A stretch of 61,569 nt of DNA, the filler included. It is 5 parts of 5 records of this genome, joined end to end, with 100 filler letters (N's around TTAATTAATTAA, not from the genome) between each part and the next. Parts side by side here need not be neighbours in the genome. Positions count along the whole stretch, not along the records: positions 49,191 to 61,569 come from DRR378314_12; 4 more parts are not named here. One strand, written 5' to 3'. Position numbers and translations under genes: made by a program. The notes beneath the pieces were generated by a model, which was given only the letters and a program-made list of their open reading frames with translations, made no database searches and was not told the origin of the DNA. Below are positions 49,191 to 61,569 of the stretch, one piece after another. How positions within the stretch are numbered: the stretch's first letter is position 1; the number at the start of each line of letters is the position of its first letter.

Positions 49191-50374
49191 GCAGTTCTCG
49201 ATGCCGCTGCCGATGCAGACGTGCTTGCCGTGCATGGGAATCGTGCTGCTGGCGATGACATTTTTCACTCGGCCAGCGCTAGGGAGTACTATGCCGCGCT
49301 CGCGTGGGCAGCTGCGCGTGCAGCTGCTCGGAAGTGGACGACGACCGCTGGCGGCGCGCCACGCAGCTTCCGCGTCGATCATACGGCTGCAACGGCGCAG
49401 AGTGGCGCCGATAGAGGACTGCGCATTTCTCCGCAGCTGTGGAATTCCTCCGCAGCTGCACTTGCGAATGGTGATTGGTCCGTTATTTTCAGACGCAGCC
49501 AGACCTTGCCGCGCTCTCCTGCGGACTGCACGGCGGCGCCATAGTGCCGTCTCTTTCACGTGCACATTGACTCGGTTCGTAGTGCCGCAAGAGTGAGACC
49601 CCGCAGCGTACGAACGTGCTGGGGAAGAATAGTCCAAGAGGAAAGGCAGCGATTCGACAATGATTATTTACTGATCCGTAGATGGCCATGTGTGCGCGTA
49701 TCTTTTTTGTCATGTACTGCAGGATGATTTTGTCGAGGGAAGCGTGCGACGGAATGTTCTTGCCACTGTCGCACCGCCTGCACACTGCACAGAGTCGATA
49801 TATGGACGACGCCTTCATGCGAGCGGTGGTGACGCTTCCTCGTCTACGAGCGAGACGAAGGGCATCAAGGTGCGGTTCGGCGAGAGCTTGGTCGTGTGCA
49901 TGGTATCGTAAAATGGTTTGCTCTTTCTCGTAGATCCGAAAGCGATGCTCCGGGTTGATGAAGTCCACGTTGGAAACAACATCGGCGTGTGTGAACGGAG
50001 AGAGAAATTGTCGACTTTTTTTTTTTCGCAGCGGTGGTTGGATGGACGACGTGTGCTGTTGCTCCTTGCTGTTGTACTGTTCTCAAAAATGCCGTACGGT
50101 TGGATGGAGACAGAGTACCGCTGCCAAACGCCTAGACGGCTGCGCGTGGTTTGTCTTTGGCGAATGTACGTCCGTACCCTTATGCGTTGTCCGGGGCACT
50201 TGGGCGACGGCTGGGACGACTTCCCTATGGTGCAGAGCCACGTCGGTTTTGGTGCATAGGGGACTGCACCGTGACCTCGCCGCCGAGATCGAGCAGCACG
50301 GGCTGGACCTCACCATGGAAGCTGGGTTTGTCGACGAAGAAGGAGACCCGAGAGAAATTCCGACGCTGCCTTGA
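49191..50374 (+). CDS. Possible 3' part of an unidentified spliced gene
   Basis: Polypyrimidine acceptors near 49933, 50030 and 50259; candidate last exon GLHRDLAAEIEQHGLDLTMEAGFVDEEGDPREIPTLP*; no recognisable family. Confidence 0.3.
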
Positions 50375-50457
50375 TGCGTTGTTCATGAACTGAATGCGGA
50401 TGTGGCTGCTGTTGTTGTTGTTTTTTTTCGTGCGCCCTTTCAGGTCCGCGCCCCGTT

Positions 50458-52189
50458 TTAATGCACAATTATGAATACAAGAAGAATAAAGAGTCCGATT
50501 GCGATACAGTAGAGGCGGCTCGTCTTTGCGCCCTGCAGTACTCGATGCAGTCGCCTGTGTTCCTGAGTTAACGAGCCGCCAGTCTCATCCGTGGCCAGCT
50601 CCAGATCATCCAACAGAGTTCTATGTATGTCTTCGCGGTCGTCGATTTTTTTTTCGCCCGGCGTATCAGGAGAGGCTTGTTAGGCGCCTGTGCGAGAGAT
50701 TGCGCCTCTCATAGTGCACATGAGACACAGCAGCAAGCCCTATCATCTTGTTGGTTCTAAAAAATGATGGTTCCATACTTCTACTCGATGTCGTCTTGAA
50801 GAATTAGGGAAGCACACATTCAGCTTACGTGTCAAGCAACGCAGCGTTCACGAGTGGAGAACGCCCATGCGCACCTAACTCGTCTCCAATATTCTGCGCG
50901 AGAGACTTTTGCCTTTCGACTCCGCTTTGAAGCGATCGTATAATCTCATCTTGTTCTACGTACGGGTATTGTTTCGCATGTCACGTACTTGCTCTTAGCG
51001 CGTGCTTGAAAATGAATGCGTATGGCACGCTTGAGTAGGTCAAGAAATCCACTGTACCTTGCATAATAGTTTCCTGCGTGTGCCGAATATCATCCAGCGA
51101 GCTAGCTTCCGTGAGCGTGGGTGTTCGAAAGCTTTCATGCACGTCGACTCCGCTGCTCGGCTGTGACCTAGCCGCCGTAGAGTCTCTGTACGCGATATCA
51201 GCCACAGCGGACAGTATATTCAATGTATATGTACTGTATGGATTTTTTAAGGTAGGCAGCGAGGAAAATCAGGCGATGGCAAAAGAAAAGCAGCTGAAAA
51301 AATCCAGGTCCGTTCGCGTACTCTGGAAAGCTATTGCGCTATGGGCGTGACGAAAGCGATCCGCACGAGATAGCATACCTGTTTACGATCTTGGCTCTTG
51401 ATTTCCGCAAAAAATCACGGTAGGTATCCTGAAGAAATTGAAGTCGCTCGCCCATCGTTGACACTCGGCGGAGAAAAAATTCGTCGCCTCCCCTGCGTGA
51501 GAGGAGTAGATGGACGACCGTCATCAGAAGCTCGCGAAGCGGCAGTCCGCGGCGAAGAGCAGTCACTCTCTGGTGTCGTGCTTATGAGCGCTGGTTTTCC
51601 TCCTCCGTTAGCAGCCTTGCACGCTCTGTCGTATTTTGATTGAATGCCAGAGAAAATTTTATTATATCAAAACCTCTGCGATGGAATCAGGCGATCATGA
51701 GATAGTTGACCAGAGGGAAAGGAAAATGTGCGCAGCGGATGAACGTACCTCTTTGCTGCCGATCGTCGCAGCTCTGCCAACTGAGCAGTTGCCTCTCTCA
51801 TTTGGCGCCTTACTTTAGAAATTTTCGGATTTTCAGATTCGGTTGTCTACAGCGAAAAATTTTACAAGACATTTTTTGTACCGAAAATCAGACGAGTACC
51901 TTTTATGCACAGAACTCAGTTCGAACGCTGGCAAACGCATGACTGCCACAGAGGGGTTTACCTGCAAGAGTGTCCAGTCGCTGCTGCGTTCAGCGAGACG
52001 TATGCAATTTTATTCCGCGGTTCCGTGTCAGGTTCACAAATCTCCCGCTAAACGACAGGCACGCTCTCCTCTACTGCTCTTCGCGCATATAATTTGTCTT
52101 TTAGGACGAAACCGTGCCTTTTCATTTGAAATAAGTTGGCGAAGTGAGATGGCGATATCGTCTGCAAGAGCGCCAAGCTCGTCGATTTC
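50458..52189 (-). CDS. Qc-SNARE (syntaxin-8/SYP5-like); last exons 50955-50875 and 50630-50458; start and some middle exons unresolved
   Basis: Spliced TQETIMQEQDEIIRSLQSGVERQKSLAQNIGDELDIHRTLLDDLELATDETGGSLTQEHRRL (Q zero layer) plus C-terminal TM LYCIAIGLFILLVFIIVH*; upstream helical exons EIDELGALADDIAISLRQL and DFLRKSRAKIV. Confidence 0.85.
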
Positions 52190-52895
52190 CTGGACGATTT
52201 CGGAACGCAGACCCGACAGTCAGGTGGTTGTAGATAAGGTATCGCGCATCGAATTCATCTGCATGCTTCTCTCACGAGAAGCTCTCTGTTTCCGGGGCAT
52301 CATGTCTCTTCTACTACAGTGTCATTCGCTTCTATGAAGATGCTTTGCTGCTGAGGCGTAGTGCGTGATTGTGTGCCTCGATACCATGCCGTCCCTGGAA
52401 ACCATGCTCCGGGTCGCCTGCGGAATGTACATGCCTCATTCCCGCCTCTTGCTACGCGACCAGACATTGCGGCTACCGCGCAATGTCATGTACTCTGCCA
52501 CCAACAGCTCCCAATCTCATGGAGTATTCATGAATTCTCCAAAAGTATGTAAGAGGATGAGAGGAAAGGTTCCGTGCTGTGCGAATCGAATCGCTGCGCC
52601 CGGCGGTGCGCTTGAGTGCCTCAGGCGCTGGCCCAGCGCTGGGGCGCGGGCAGTACACTCGGCTAGGGGGGAGAATACAGAACCTCTCTTGGCGGGAGCG
52701 CACCGCCAGCCCGCGTGACCGTTCGCTCGTCGTGCCGCTGCGCCGCCCGCAGCAGCGCAGCCATACCCCTGTTTTATCTCCCCACCAACCGTTTGCACCT
52801 GGTGGTCACAGAAGCATTGTGTAATTTTTGATTACGATCGTAACGAGGTGCTACATCCGGCACGGGCTTCTTCCTCGTGAAACAAATTGCACAGG

Positions 52896-55800
52896 ATGGA
52901 AGGGCGGGAGCGCGCAGGTACGAATCTGGCGCACAACTCGTCAGTTACCAGTGTCAAGCTGCAGAACTTCGCGGGCAGTCGCCCTCGCCTCCGCAACGCC
53001 CCTGTATTTTACATTTGTGTCACACGCGCGCTCATGTACGTCATTTGCAGATGACGAATGCTCTGCAGCATCTGCAGTCGCTGCGTATCTGCGACATAAA
53101 GGCCATGGCTCGCTTGCAAGGCAGTTCGAGATCGAGTGCAAATGCCGCAACCTGAACATCGCCAACGCGAGGTTCGTCGTCCGTCTGCAAGCGCGTTTCC
53201 TCCAAGCTTCTCGCCACCTTTGCTCCACTGCGAATAGGCGTGAATTACCTGACACATTACATGCTTTGTTGTCGTGCTGTAGTATTGATGGCGCGTTTGT
53301 CGAGCGTGAGCTCTCTGGTATCGTCCAGACGCTCTCGCTTGTGAAGGGAAAAGCGCACCAATCTGACGAGAATCAGGAGAACTGTTCTATTGGCACGGGG
53401 CGACCACGTACGTTGCTCCTTGGCGCGCATCGCAGCGCGAAGCGGCATCCATACAGAATTAAGATACAAAAATATACATTTCGATGCATGATCCGAAACG
53501 TACTTTGCCCTTTTTGCTCGCGTTGTCGCAATGCAAAATGAAACGCGATAGCACAGACGCACGTGACCAAGTTGTTGCCGTTCCCGTTTGGCATCGCTAA
53601 GCCGCCCTAGCGTTCCCTCTCCTGCGATGCGATTCCGTTCCCCACAGGGATAACCCGCAGTATCCCATGGTATGGTCCACTTGGCGAAGTTGCAGCTGCA
53701 ATGACCTCCGGTGCAACTCGGTCGTCCTCGCTCGTGCACGCCCTCGGCCGGCGTGAATACGCGTCCGGAGCACGACTTGCGCCGCGCTCGTACGAAGTTC
53801 GACCCGCTCAAGGTGCGCCCTGCGGCGGCGCAGACGCAAACGTAATGACGCGCCGGAGCATGCGCTTTGTTCACACATGCGAGCAGCGGCATGCAAGGAC
53901 TCTTTCAGTATATTTATCGCACTGTGGTGGATGTCCGAGTGATATTCTACTTCGCTCTGAGACCTTGCCATTCTCTGCCTGTGCAACGTTTGCCGAACGA
54001 CGCAGCTATTGCGCGGACCATGCTTGACGGAATTGCTCCCGTTTCTTCGAGCCGCGGACACAGAGACAGCGTCATGGCGCTGACATTCCTCGACGGCTCC
54101 AGGTTCGTCGGCATATTTCTTATGCATTGCAACTTCGTCGCTTCTGGATATACGTTCCAGTGGGTCGGAGGATCAGTGACGCCAGAATCAGTATTCTGCA
54201 ATGCAAGTTTTGGCGTTGGCGACTGGTTGATCGTATGCCTGGCAGATTACGATCGTGCATCGATGATCGGCATCCTTGCGCTGTATCGCACACAATTTTA
54301 CCCTCAATTTCGCCTTTACCCTGCCTTTCTTCCCGTGTCAGACAATTACTCTCCGCATCGTTTGATGATAATATTCGGATATGGGAAACTTCTTCGGATG
54401 ACTTCGGAATATCGTGCAAGATCTGCCACCGCGGGCCTTCGGATCTCGCGGACGTGCAGGTGCTACGCGGTGAAGGTGCGGTTGTAGCTCCCAGTCTGGA
54501 AAGGGACAATATTGCTGCGCGCCTCTCTGTGCCGTACATAGTAATAGTGATTCATTGGTTCGACGGACAGCCAAACATGTGGTAGTATGCTGCTGCGTCA
54601 TTAATCCTGTCCGTATGCGGAACGACTATCTTCGGCATGTGTGGCTGCAGGTGCTGTGCGTCGCGTACTTGCGTGTAATCTCCGTGGCGAACTTCCCATT
54701 CTGGACCTTGAGACTGGGGAAGAAGTCGCCGCACTGTACCGCTCTCGCAACAGCTACATGCGTGATGGAAACGTCTTGTCGATGCTCAAGGTGTCGCAGT
54801 GGAACAATATTGCAGCCTCCTTGACCGAGGACGGACGGGCCTTTGTTTTCGATCTCCGTAAACCCCACGGCGAAGTTGCGATCGTCAACGTCGCAGACAG
54901 GTACAGAAAATCCAGTGGCGCTTCATGTAGCGGTGCGAGACTCCGGGCTTTATGTACACTTGACTACGTAGGTGATTTGAAGCTCCTTGCTCCTTCCAGC
55001 CGTCGCGTGTTCATGAGCCGCTTCGCTAATGGCCTGTGCGCCCTCCGTGCGTTCTGTGCGCTGATTCTCAATATACGTATGTTTGGCGTTACTTCTGACA
55101 TGAAAAAAAATCGAATTCGCTTCGTTGGTAGGGATGATGTTCATGTGCAGTGTATTGAAGTGGCGCCGAGCGGATATACGTTGTACGCTGGAACTACCGA
55201 CGTGTTCGCATGGGACTTGCGCAAGGTGAGCAGCGCGAGGTGCACCTGAACAAAGAGCGCGGCCTGCGGCCTCGATGCGTATGCCGAGAGAGGCGCTGGT
55301 GCTTTCTTCAGCGAAGATAATTTCAGCGTTGCAATTTCCACGCCTGCAAAGGTGTATCGTACAGAAATTGGATAAAAATGCGTGGGAGATTGAGTCGACG
55401 GCTACGCTTTCGTTGCGTTTTGCAGTGACGCTTGAACCCCTCCGTTGTTGCACTGCCTTGCTGACTTCGCGGTCGTGTTCTTCTGCACGTACGCTCCAGA
55501 GATCACACATGGACACGACTGATATCGCGAGGGTACTTCACGCAAGCCCTTCACATTATATCAATGCGCTGGAAGTGCGCGAGGACACGGGTAACGTCTA
55601 TGCCATCGGAACAGACGGGACAGTGCGGAAGTGGACACCGAGCTCTAGCGCCGTTGCGCAAACGTTTTCCGGCCACTCGCCGCCGGTGTGGGAGGGAAAG
55701 GTCCGCGGTCCTGCCATCTACTGTAATCCTCTGTAGAGCCATACTAGTGTAGCAACAAGAGGATAACGCTGCGCGACTGTGTGGGGATAAACGTTGGCGT

Positions 55801-56741
55801 ATGGGATCTCATATGGGAAAGCTGTGTGCCACGTCGGTATTCTTCGACGCGCATCCAGTGCGCATGCGCCAGTGAACCGTTTCTCACTCGCATCTCTGCA
55901 GTCGCAGCCTGTTACAAAGAACAGTGATCAGGGCGCTTGCAGGAGCTGGATTTAGGTGCCTTTTGCGCTTTCATTTCAGAGCCTATATCTTGGGATTGTA
56001 TTTACGTCCACGGACCTGAAACTCGGCATTGCTCTGCTCACATGCCGCTGTCTGCGTATCATACAGCCCATGGCGACAAATTTCGCTGTGTATGGGGACG
56101 AGCAAGTGCTCCTCGCTCCGCAGGACGGTGGCTCGATCGCATGGTACAATATTGATGGCAAGGTGAGAATGTTGTGCAAAGATCAAGAACGCGCAACGGT
56201 TTTGCACTGTGAAAGACAAGCGAAGCGAGATAAGTTCTTCTAATTTCCAGACTCTTATCTGCTGCTCTTCCAAACGCAGGAGGAGTCGCGCGAGATTTGT
56301 CCCGATGTAATCCCAAGCTTCAATCGCATTGCTGTCGCTCCTCTCAACGGCGTCGATAGCAGTGAAACGGTACGTAAACGATTTCGTATGTTATTTAGAG
56401 TGTTTTACCTACTGCTCCGATAGGAGTGAAGTTTGATGTTTGCTGTGTCGATGCTGTGTGCTTTTGTCTTTCCACGTGCAACGCTATGTATGCTACGAGT
56501 CGCCTGGGTGGACGCACCTCCTGTGCTGGCACAGGCACAAGAGAGACGATGTCGGCGAATGCCTTCCGTTCCTTTTTGACATGACTCAGAATTCGTTTGT
56601 TATCCAACGCGATAAATACACGCAACTTTGTATATTTGCAGAGTGCTCTCATTGCAACCGCGGACGTTCAAGGCTCGATATCGCTGTGGTCACGAGACGA
56701 GAAAATGCAGCACGCGTTTCGTGAGCATGTTGCCGAGCAAA
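52896..56741 (+). CDS. Multi-exon LisH-like + WD40 repeat protein; exon structure and 3' end approximate
   Basis: MEGRERA|DDECSAASAVAAYLRHKGHGSLARQFEIEC (LisH-like); WD elements RGHRDSVMALTF, LLSASFDDNIRIWE, DGRAFVFDLRK, VFAWDLRK, DGTVRKW..FSGH, IATADVQGSISLW. Confidence 0.75.
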
Positions 56742-58736
56742 GGTACGCGCGCCATATGCCTGTGCATTATTTCTCCCTCAACAGAGCATAGACCGCATTG
56801 CAGCGAATCTAGTATATATTGTGCAGGAGGTGGTTACTAGCGTATCCATGAAACATTCAGGAGTCGTTGACCCCTTGAATCTGTTGGACCTGTGGAGCGC
56901 ACGATCATGAATGTTGATCCCCTTGCCATGTCAAACCTTCACTGTTGCAAATGCTTTCCTACTGCGCGCAATTGCCAATATTCTATGCGCTCCCGAATTT
57001 ACGAGGTTGATAATGTGCCACGATAAACATCCAGGAATGCACAGTCGCGTATTGCGGGACTGCGGATACGCTAGCGAGAGTAGGGGTCAAGGATGTAGGG
57101 GTGCGCGTTGCGATCATGCGACACGCGCACGGCCGAGCCACCAGCGCGCCGCAGCGAGCGCGCTTTCGATTGGCGAATCCGTGCTGCAAAGTGCTGAAGA
57201 AAATACACGAGCCTTGATCCTGCTAGGTATTCCCCCCCGATTTTTGGGAGGCATTACTACCAATTCCACCCCTTCGCGTAATACTAGGCGCATACTATTG
57301 CGCTTTTTTCGTTGCTTTCGGGAACGTGTGGGCGATACTGAAGAGCATTCTTCGTGGAGCCGCAGCGCGTTTCCTGGGTAGAACTCTCGCGTCCAGCCTC
57401 GCGCGCCGCGAACAGACCTGTCAAGCTGCGCCTCAGTCGTCGCGGGCACATCGAGCTCCGCTGCGCGCACGAACCGTCCGTGCAAGTCCGCGCGAATCAC
57501 CGTGCGCTCCTAACTCTATCTGTATATTTTGTGCTCAATTACACGAGCCATTTACACGCCTAGTTGATATTGCTTTCGAGGCAGCTGGTGCTCAGGTAGC
57601 GCAGTTTCCACCCCCCAAGTCGCCACTGCTGCACGGGCACCTGGGGGTGTCGCTAGTCGAGCTGATCACCGAGCCACCACCACGACCTGCACGGTTCGCG
57701 CAACAGTGCCGAAACATCTCCGGCCTCCGCGGTTTTACTCAAATGCAGACACATATATGCGATATGTTATGTTTGGGCCGTAAATAGATATTTGTCCATT
57801 GTTGCGTAGAAGCGAGTTGGACGCGCACTTTTGCGCCGGCTTGCTTGCACGGAAGAGATGCGCGCATGGGTCGCTTGTGACCAGGTCGGGTATAAGCACG
57901 AAACCCGGGACATTTAGGGCCTGTATGCCAGATTGCGCACAGCAGCGAAATATGGCAAAGCGTATCTGCAACGTTAATGGTAACGTTTTGGGAAAATGGC
58001 GCACCTCGTGCGTGCCTTACTATTTGTATGGAAAACTATCCGCCTAAGGAGCTCACGTTTGAGCCTTTGGAAAGCGCGATGCTTGAGAAGCCCCAGCAAA
58101 TGCACAGATCGCCCTTGCAAGTTGGGGCGGCGACGCCGGCATATCCAGGGTTTGCACAGGGCTGGTTTTGCCCAAGAAGCAAGCGAACACGGATATCACG
58201 TCATGGGGCATATTTCCGCTGCATGAAAGAAGCCACTGCATTTTGCGTGATGCATCGATGGAAACCTATTCTTACTTGGTCGGCTCAGGTATATCGCGCC
58301 CTCTAAACGTGTGGGAGAAGTGCGCTGCCTCCGAGGGGGGAGGGTGCGCCTCACGGTACCGGTTGCACACATCCGCTGCTGCAGTTTGCGCGAGGCCCAG
58401 CTCGTTCACAATAGTCTATCAACGCAGCCATGTCGCACTCGTTCCAGTCCAACATGCGGTGCCAACGGGATAGGTCCACATCATTATTGTTCTCGTTTTC
58501 ATTCGTGACACTGTGTTTCGCTCTTGCTTTCACAGGCTTTCTCCTCAGGTTCTACGCAAGTTTCATCAACCTGGACGGGGACCCACGGCGGCTTTGTTGA
58601 AGCTCGACCTGCCGCCGGTATCTTGCGGGTGAGAACTTGCACCGAACGGATTGGGCGCCAAAGGAGGCACACGTGCGGCGGTTCTTTCCCGCTTCCGAGG
58701 AGGTTTGGATCATCGATTATTACCTTATCTTCAAAA

Positions 58737-61272
58737 ATGTCGTATTTGGGAAGCGGCTATGATGGAAACGCGTCGCCCTGGGGTGCCGGTGTCTCAGCTC
58801 CGCGGCAGGGCGAGAGGGAAAGTCGAAAGCAGCAGCGCGGCACGGGCGCACACTCTCCGTGTGCAGGGCCTCCAGGGGATTGCAGGAAACTCGCCGCGCC
58901 AGGAAAGATGGCGCAGCAGTCACTGACGAATACGATTACGAATCGAAGTCAAGGAAGTGGCTCGCCAACAAGGGTACACCAGCTTGTTCATGACAGCGAA
59001 AATGCGGAAAACGCCAGCCCGTACCTGGCATGGGAAGTCCCACAGAGTGCTAGCCTTCTTGACATGTTGCCACAAAAGCCGTCCACGCGCGCAGCAGAGC
59101 AGGCGAATCCAGGGCCTGACGCGCAGAACTCCCGTACGTTTTCAGACTGTTTTCCTTCACCTCATTACCATACATTGTTCGCCCACGAAAGGATGAATTA
59201 AAGCTTATAATTGGGATCCAATGACTTGTATGCCGAATCTTCACCAAGCGTCTCGCGTGAAGCAGAATCAGGTGCCGTAGAGCAAAGCTGCACTGTCCTT
59301 GTTGACGATGTTCCTGAATTACGGGGTCAAATCCACCGGGTTCGAATTGCCATCGACAAATCACTTGCGTAAGCGTGGACTGTAGATTGTGTGTTGCGCA
59401 CACTGATGGCTTGAAGAGAGGTTCCACTTGCAGCTTACTTTCCTTGCTCTCGTCTAATTGTTCCCTTTCTCTCGCTGCATCTGCTCTCCAGCGGCTGAAG
59501 CGGATGTTCACCCTCCTGCCAAGGGCGCTTTTCCAGTGCAAGAGGGCGACGAGGACATTGACGCTATCTTCAGCCACATCGACTTGATACGCGAAGACGA
59601 TTTGCATTCTAGTTTATCTTCACTATCTCTCGTACGTTTTGATTACCGTACATTGGTAGAACGAGCATTGGCGAAGAGAAACGTGCATAAGTTACAGGGG
59701 GCCAGCAAAAGTGGTGCTGTTCTGCTGCATACTCCGATATTGTGACGGTTTTCGCTATTTGTGTATTTCTACCGATGTCGGTTCGTACGCGCGTATTTGC
59801 GCTCACTGCATCTTCATCTCTCACTTTGGCATGCATTCGCATTGCAACTCTTCTTGTAGGACAATCCGGAAGGGATGAGATCTACAACCCCACGGGACAA
59901 TCTGCTGCCAACGCATGCTGTGTACGCGCACGTTGACTGGAGCGTCAAGGCGCCGGGTGACCAGCATACAAACGTTGCCCGACCTTCGTGTTTTTCCGGC
60001 CCGAGCCACTTTGCTTGCACAGCATCGCAGCGGCGACAGAGCGCACTCGACGGCACCGCAACGCAAACATTCGCACCGTCATTCGCACTCCGTGGAATAT
60101 GGGGTAGCGATTCGAGCACCAACAGGGGCTTAGTGCCAGCGCCGGAGGGGCATTCCGGAGTAATTACCGCGCTTAAAGGGACGTACGGCTTCATACACTG
60201 GGATCACGGACAGCGCGATTTATTTTTTCGGATCGACGAGAGTTTGTGCAGCTCTCTACTACCTGGGGACCGCGTCTCCTTCCGAGTCGCTCCAAATATA
60301 ACGGAAAGGGGGCTTGACGTAGCAACTGATGTATTGCCGCTTGATCCTGACCAGCGCGACCATGGTGACACCATTGTCCAGCGAGAGTACTACCTTCGAG
60401 AGCGCAAAGAGCATTCATGCGCTCGCCTTCACGAGCGGCGTGGTGTGGTCGTTGACTTCATGGGCCACTTTGGCTTCCTTCGCAGCGAGTACCACACTCG
60501 AGATATATTTTTCCACGCAAGTGAAGTGCGCGTTCGGGATCGACCCCTTGCGCGGGGCGACGTGATTGAATTCCAACTTGTGCCGAATGTACGAACCGGC
60601 GACGTGAATGCGCGGGGCATTAGCCGGGTCTCGAAAGTATCAGCTGGACTTTCAATTTTGCGGTTCGACATGGAGACTCGCGGTCCGCTCCCGCTTTCTC
60701 CGCCATCACCTCCATACCAGTTATTGCTACAGATAACATTTCAATCGCTCCAACGCGTTGGATGTTTGCGTCTACAGCGACTACTCGTCATTGTCAAGGG
60801 CGTCCTGTCGTCGCTCGCTTGCCCGCAGCCGATTCTGCCATTACTTGACGAAAGGTTTTTCAGACAATTCCTTGGGACAAGGCTTGACCTGTTCGTTATG
60901 GGTCTTGACGATTATTTGGACCCGCTGTGTCTTCTCAACAACCAAAGTGTTGAGACGTTCATCCAGTGCTGCGGACAGGCATTCTTCCCAACTCTTGCAG
61001 CGTATGCGCGTATTCGCTCTGAACCCGGCGACGACGAGCTCACTGCGGAACTCGTCACCGGCTTTCTGCAGAAGAAGGGCTCGCTGCCGTTGTCGCATAT
61101 CTGCGGGCTGCTTGCTCGTACCAGCATCGCGGACACAGTCGCCGTTCTCTTCGCCGAGTCCGGTGGACCTGAAACGTGGTTTCAGTCACACAGTCACGTA
61201 TTCACCGTTCATCGCTCGTCTTCCGCGGAAGAGGGCGTTCACGCCCTGTCAGTGGCTCTACGCACCAGCTGA
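58737..61272 (+). CDS. Protein with disordered N-terminus and two cold-shock (CSDE1/UNR-like) domains; exons 58737-59133, 59492-59631, 59860-61272
   Basis: GVITALKGTYGFI..DLFFRI..GDRVSF and GVVVDFMGHFGFL..DIFFHASEV..GDVIEF..GDVNARGI; in-phase GTACGT donors. Confidence 0.82.
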
Positions 61273-61569
61273 CGTTTGCCTCCGTCGCAATGGCCCAGCT
61301 GTCGCGCTTGGTGTGCCAGGGCCAATACAATCCTGTTTCCCGTCTGCATGTATCCGCCTGCCAACTTATTGATTCTCTATCAAATCGGACAAAGTAGTTC
61401 ATCTGCTACAGCACAGAGAGTAGCTTATGTATATCATATATACGTCGGGGGGAAATTTCAGAGAGCTCTTGCTGAAGATACGCGCGCGTCGCCCACCGCA
61501 GCGCCGTGGGTAGAGAGTTCTTAGATTGGAACAAATCGCCCTCTGCACACGGAGCAGAGACCGGAGCGC

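Noticed and set aside
52190-52310. Apparent in-frame TGA upstream of the SNARE exon (possible read-through)
   Set aside because: The TGA lies in CTGAC, a branch-point-like sequence before the CAG acceptor at 52190, so it is probably intronic
57530-57720. Minus-strand frame with C-A-T-TGA (CxxU-like selenoprotein motif)
   Set aside because: No thioredoxin-like context, a second stop follows soon, and no SECIS seen
1-61569. CRISPR arrays, rRNA, prokaryotic operons or defence systems
   Set aside because: None seen; genes carry spliceosomal introns and belong to eukaryotic families

Overview
Intron-rich, GC-rich eukaryotic (protist-like) genomic DNA. It consists of five segments joined by identical artificial 100-bp spacers (44 N + TTAATTAATTAA + 44 N), so adjacency across spacers cannot be trusted. 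Most ORFs in the supplied track are spurious; the genes had to be rebuilt by splicing (donors mostly GTRCGY/GTAAG, a few GC). Segment 1: stand-alone FYVE protein, RSPH14-like ARM protein, peptidyl-tRNA hydrolase, THOC3, a hypothetical protein, an intronless secreted Cys-rich + 2xLamG protein and a secreted HKD phospholipase D. Segment 2: part of a cAMP-receptor-like GPCR. Segment 3: tandem-disintegrin membrane protein, KEN/D-box protein and TIS11-type CCCH protein. Segment 4: selenoprotein K, TRAP-beta, tRNA-Thr(CGT), YIPF6, PRELI and SDHAF3. Segment 5: Qc-SNARE, LisH/WD40 protein and a cold-shock-domain protein. The most notable item is a 5-exon SelK gene (in-frame UGA in a GGG-U-G-stop tail) with a type II SECIS that has an atypical UUGA core and a separate hairpin just 3' of the UGA. 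All calls come from reading the sequence by eye; no searches were run, and I found no clearly new multi-gene system.
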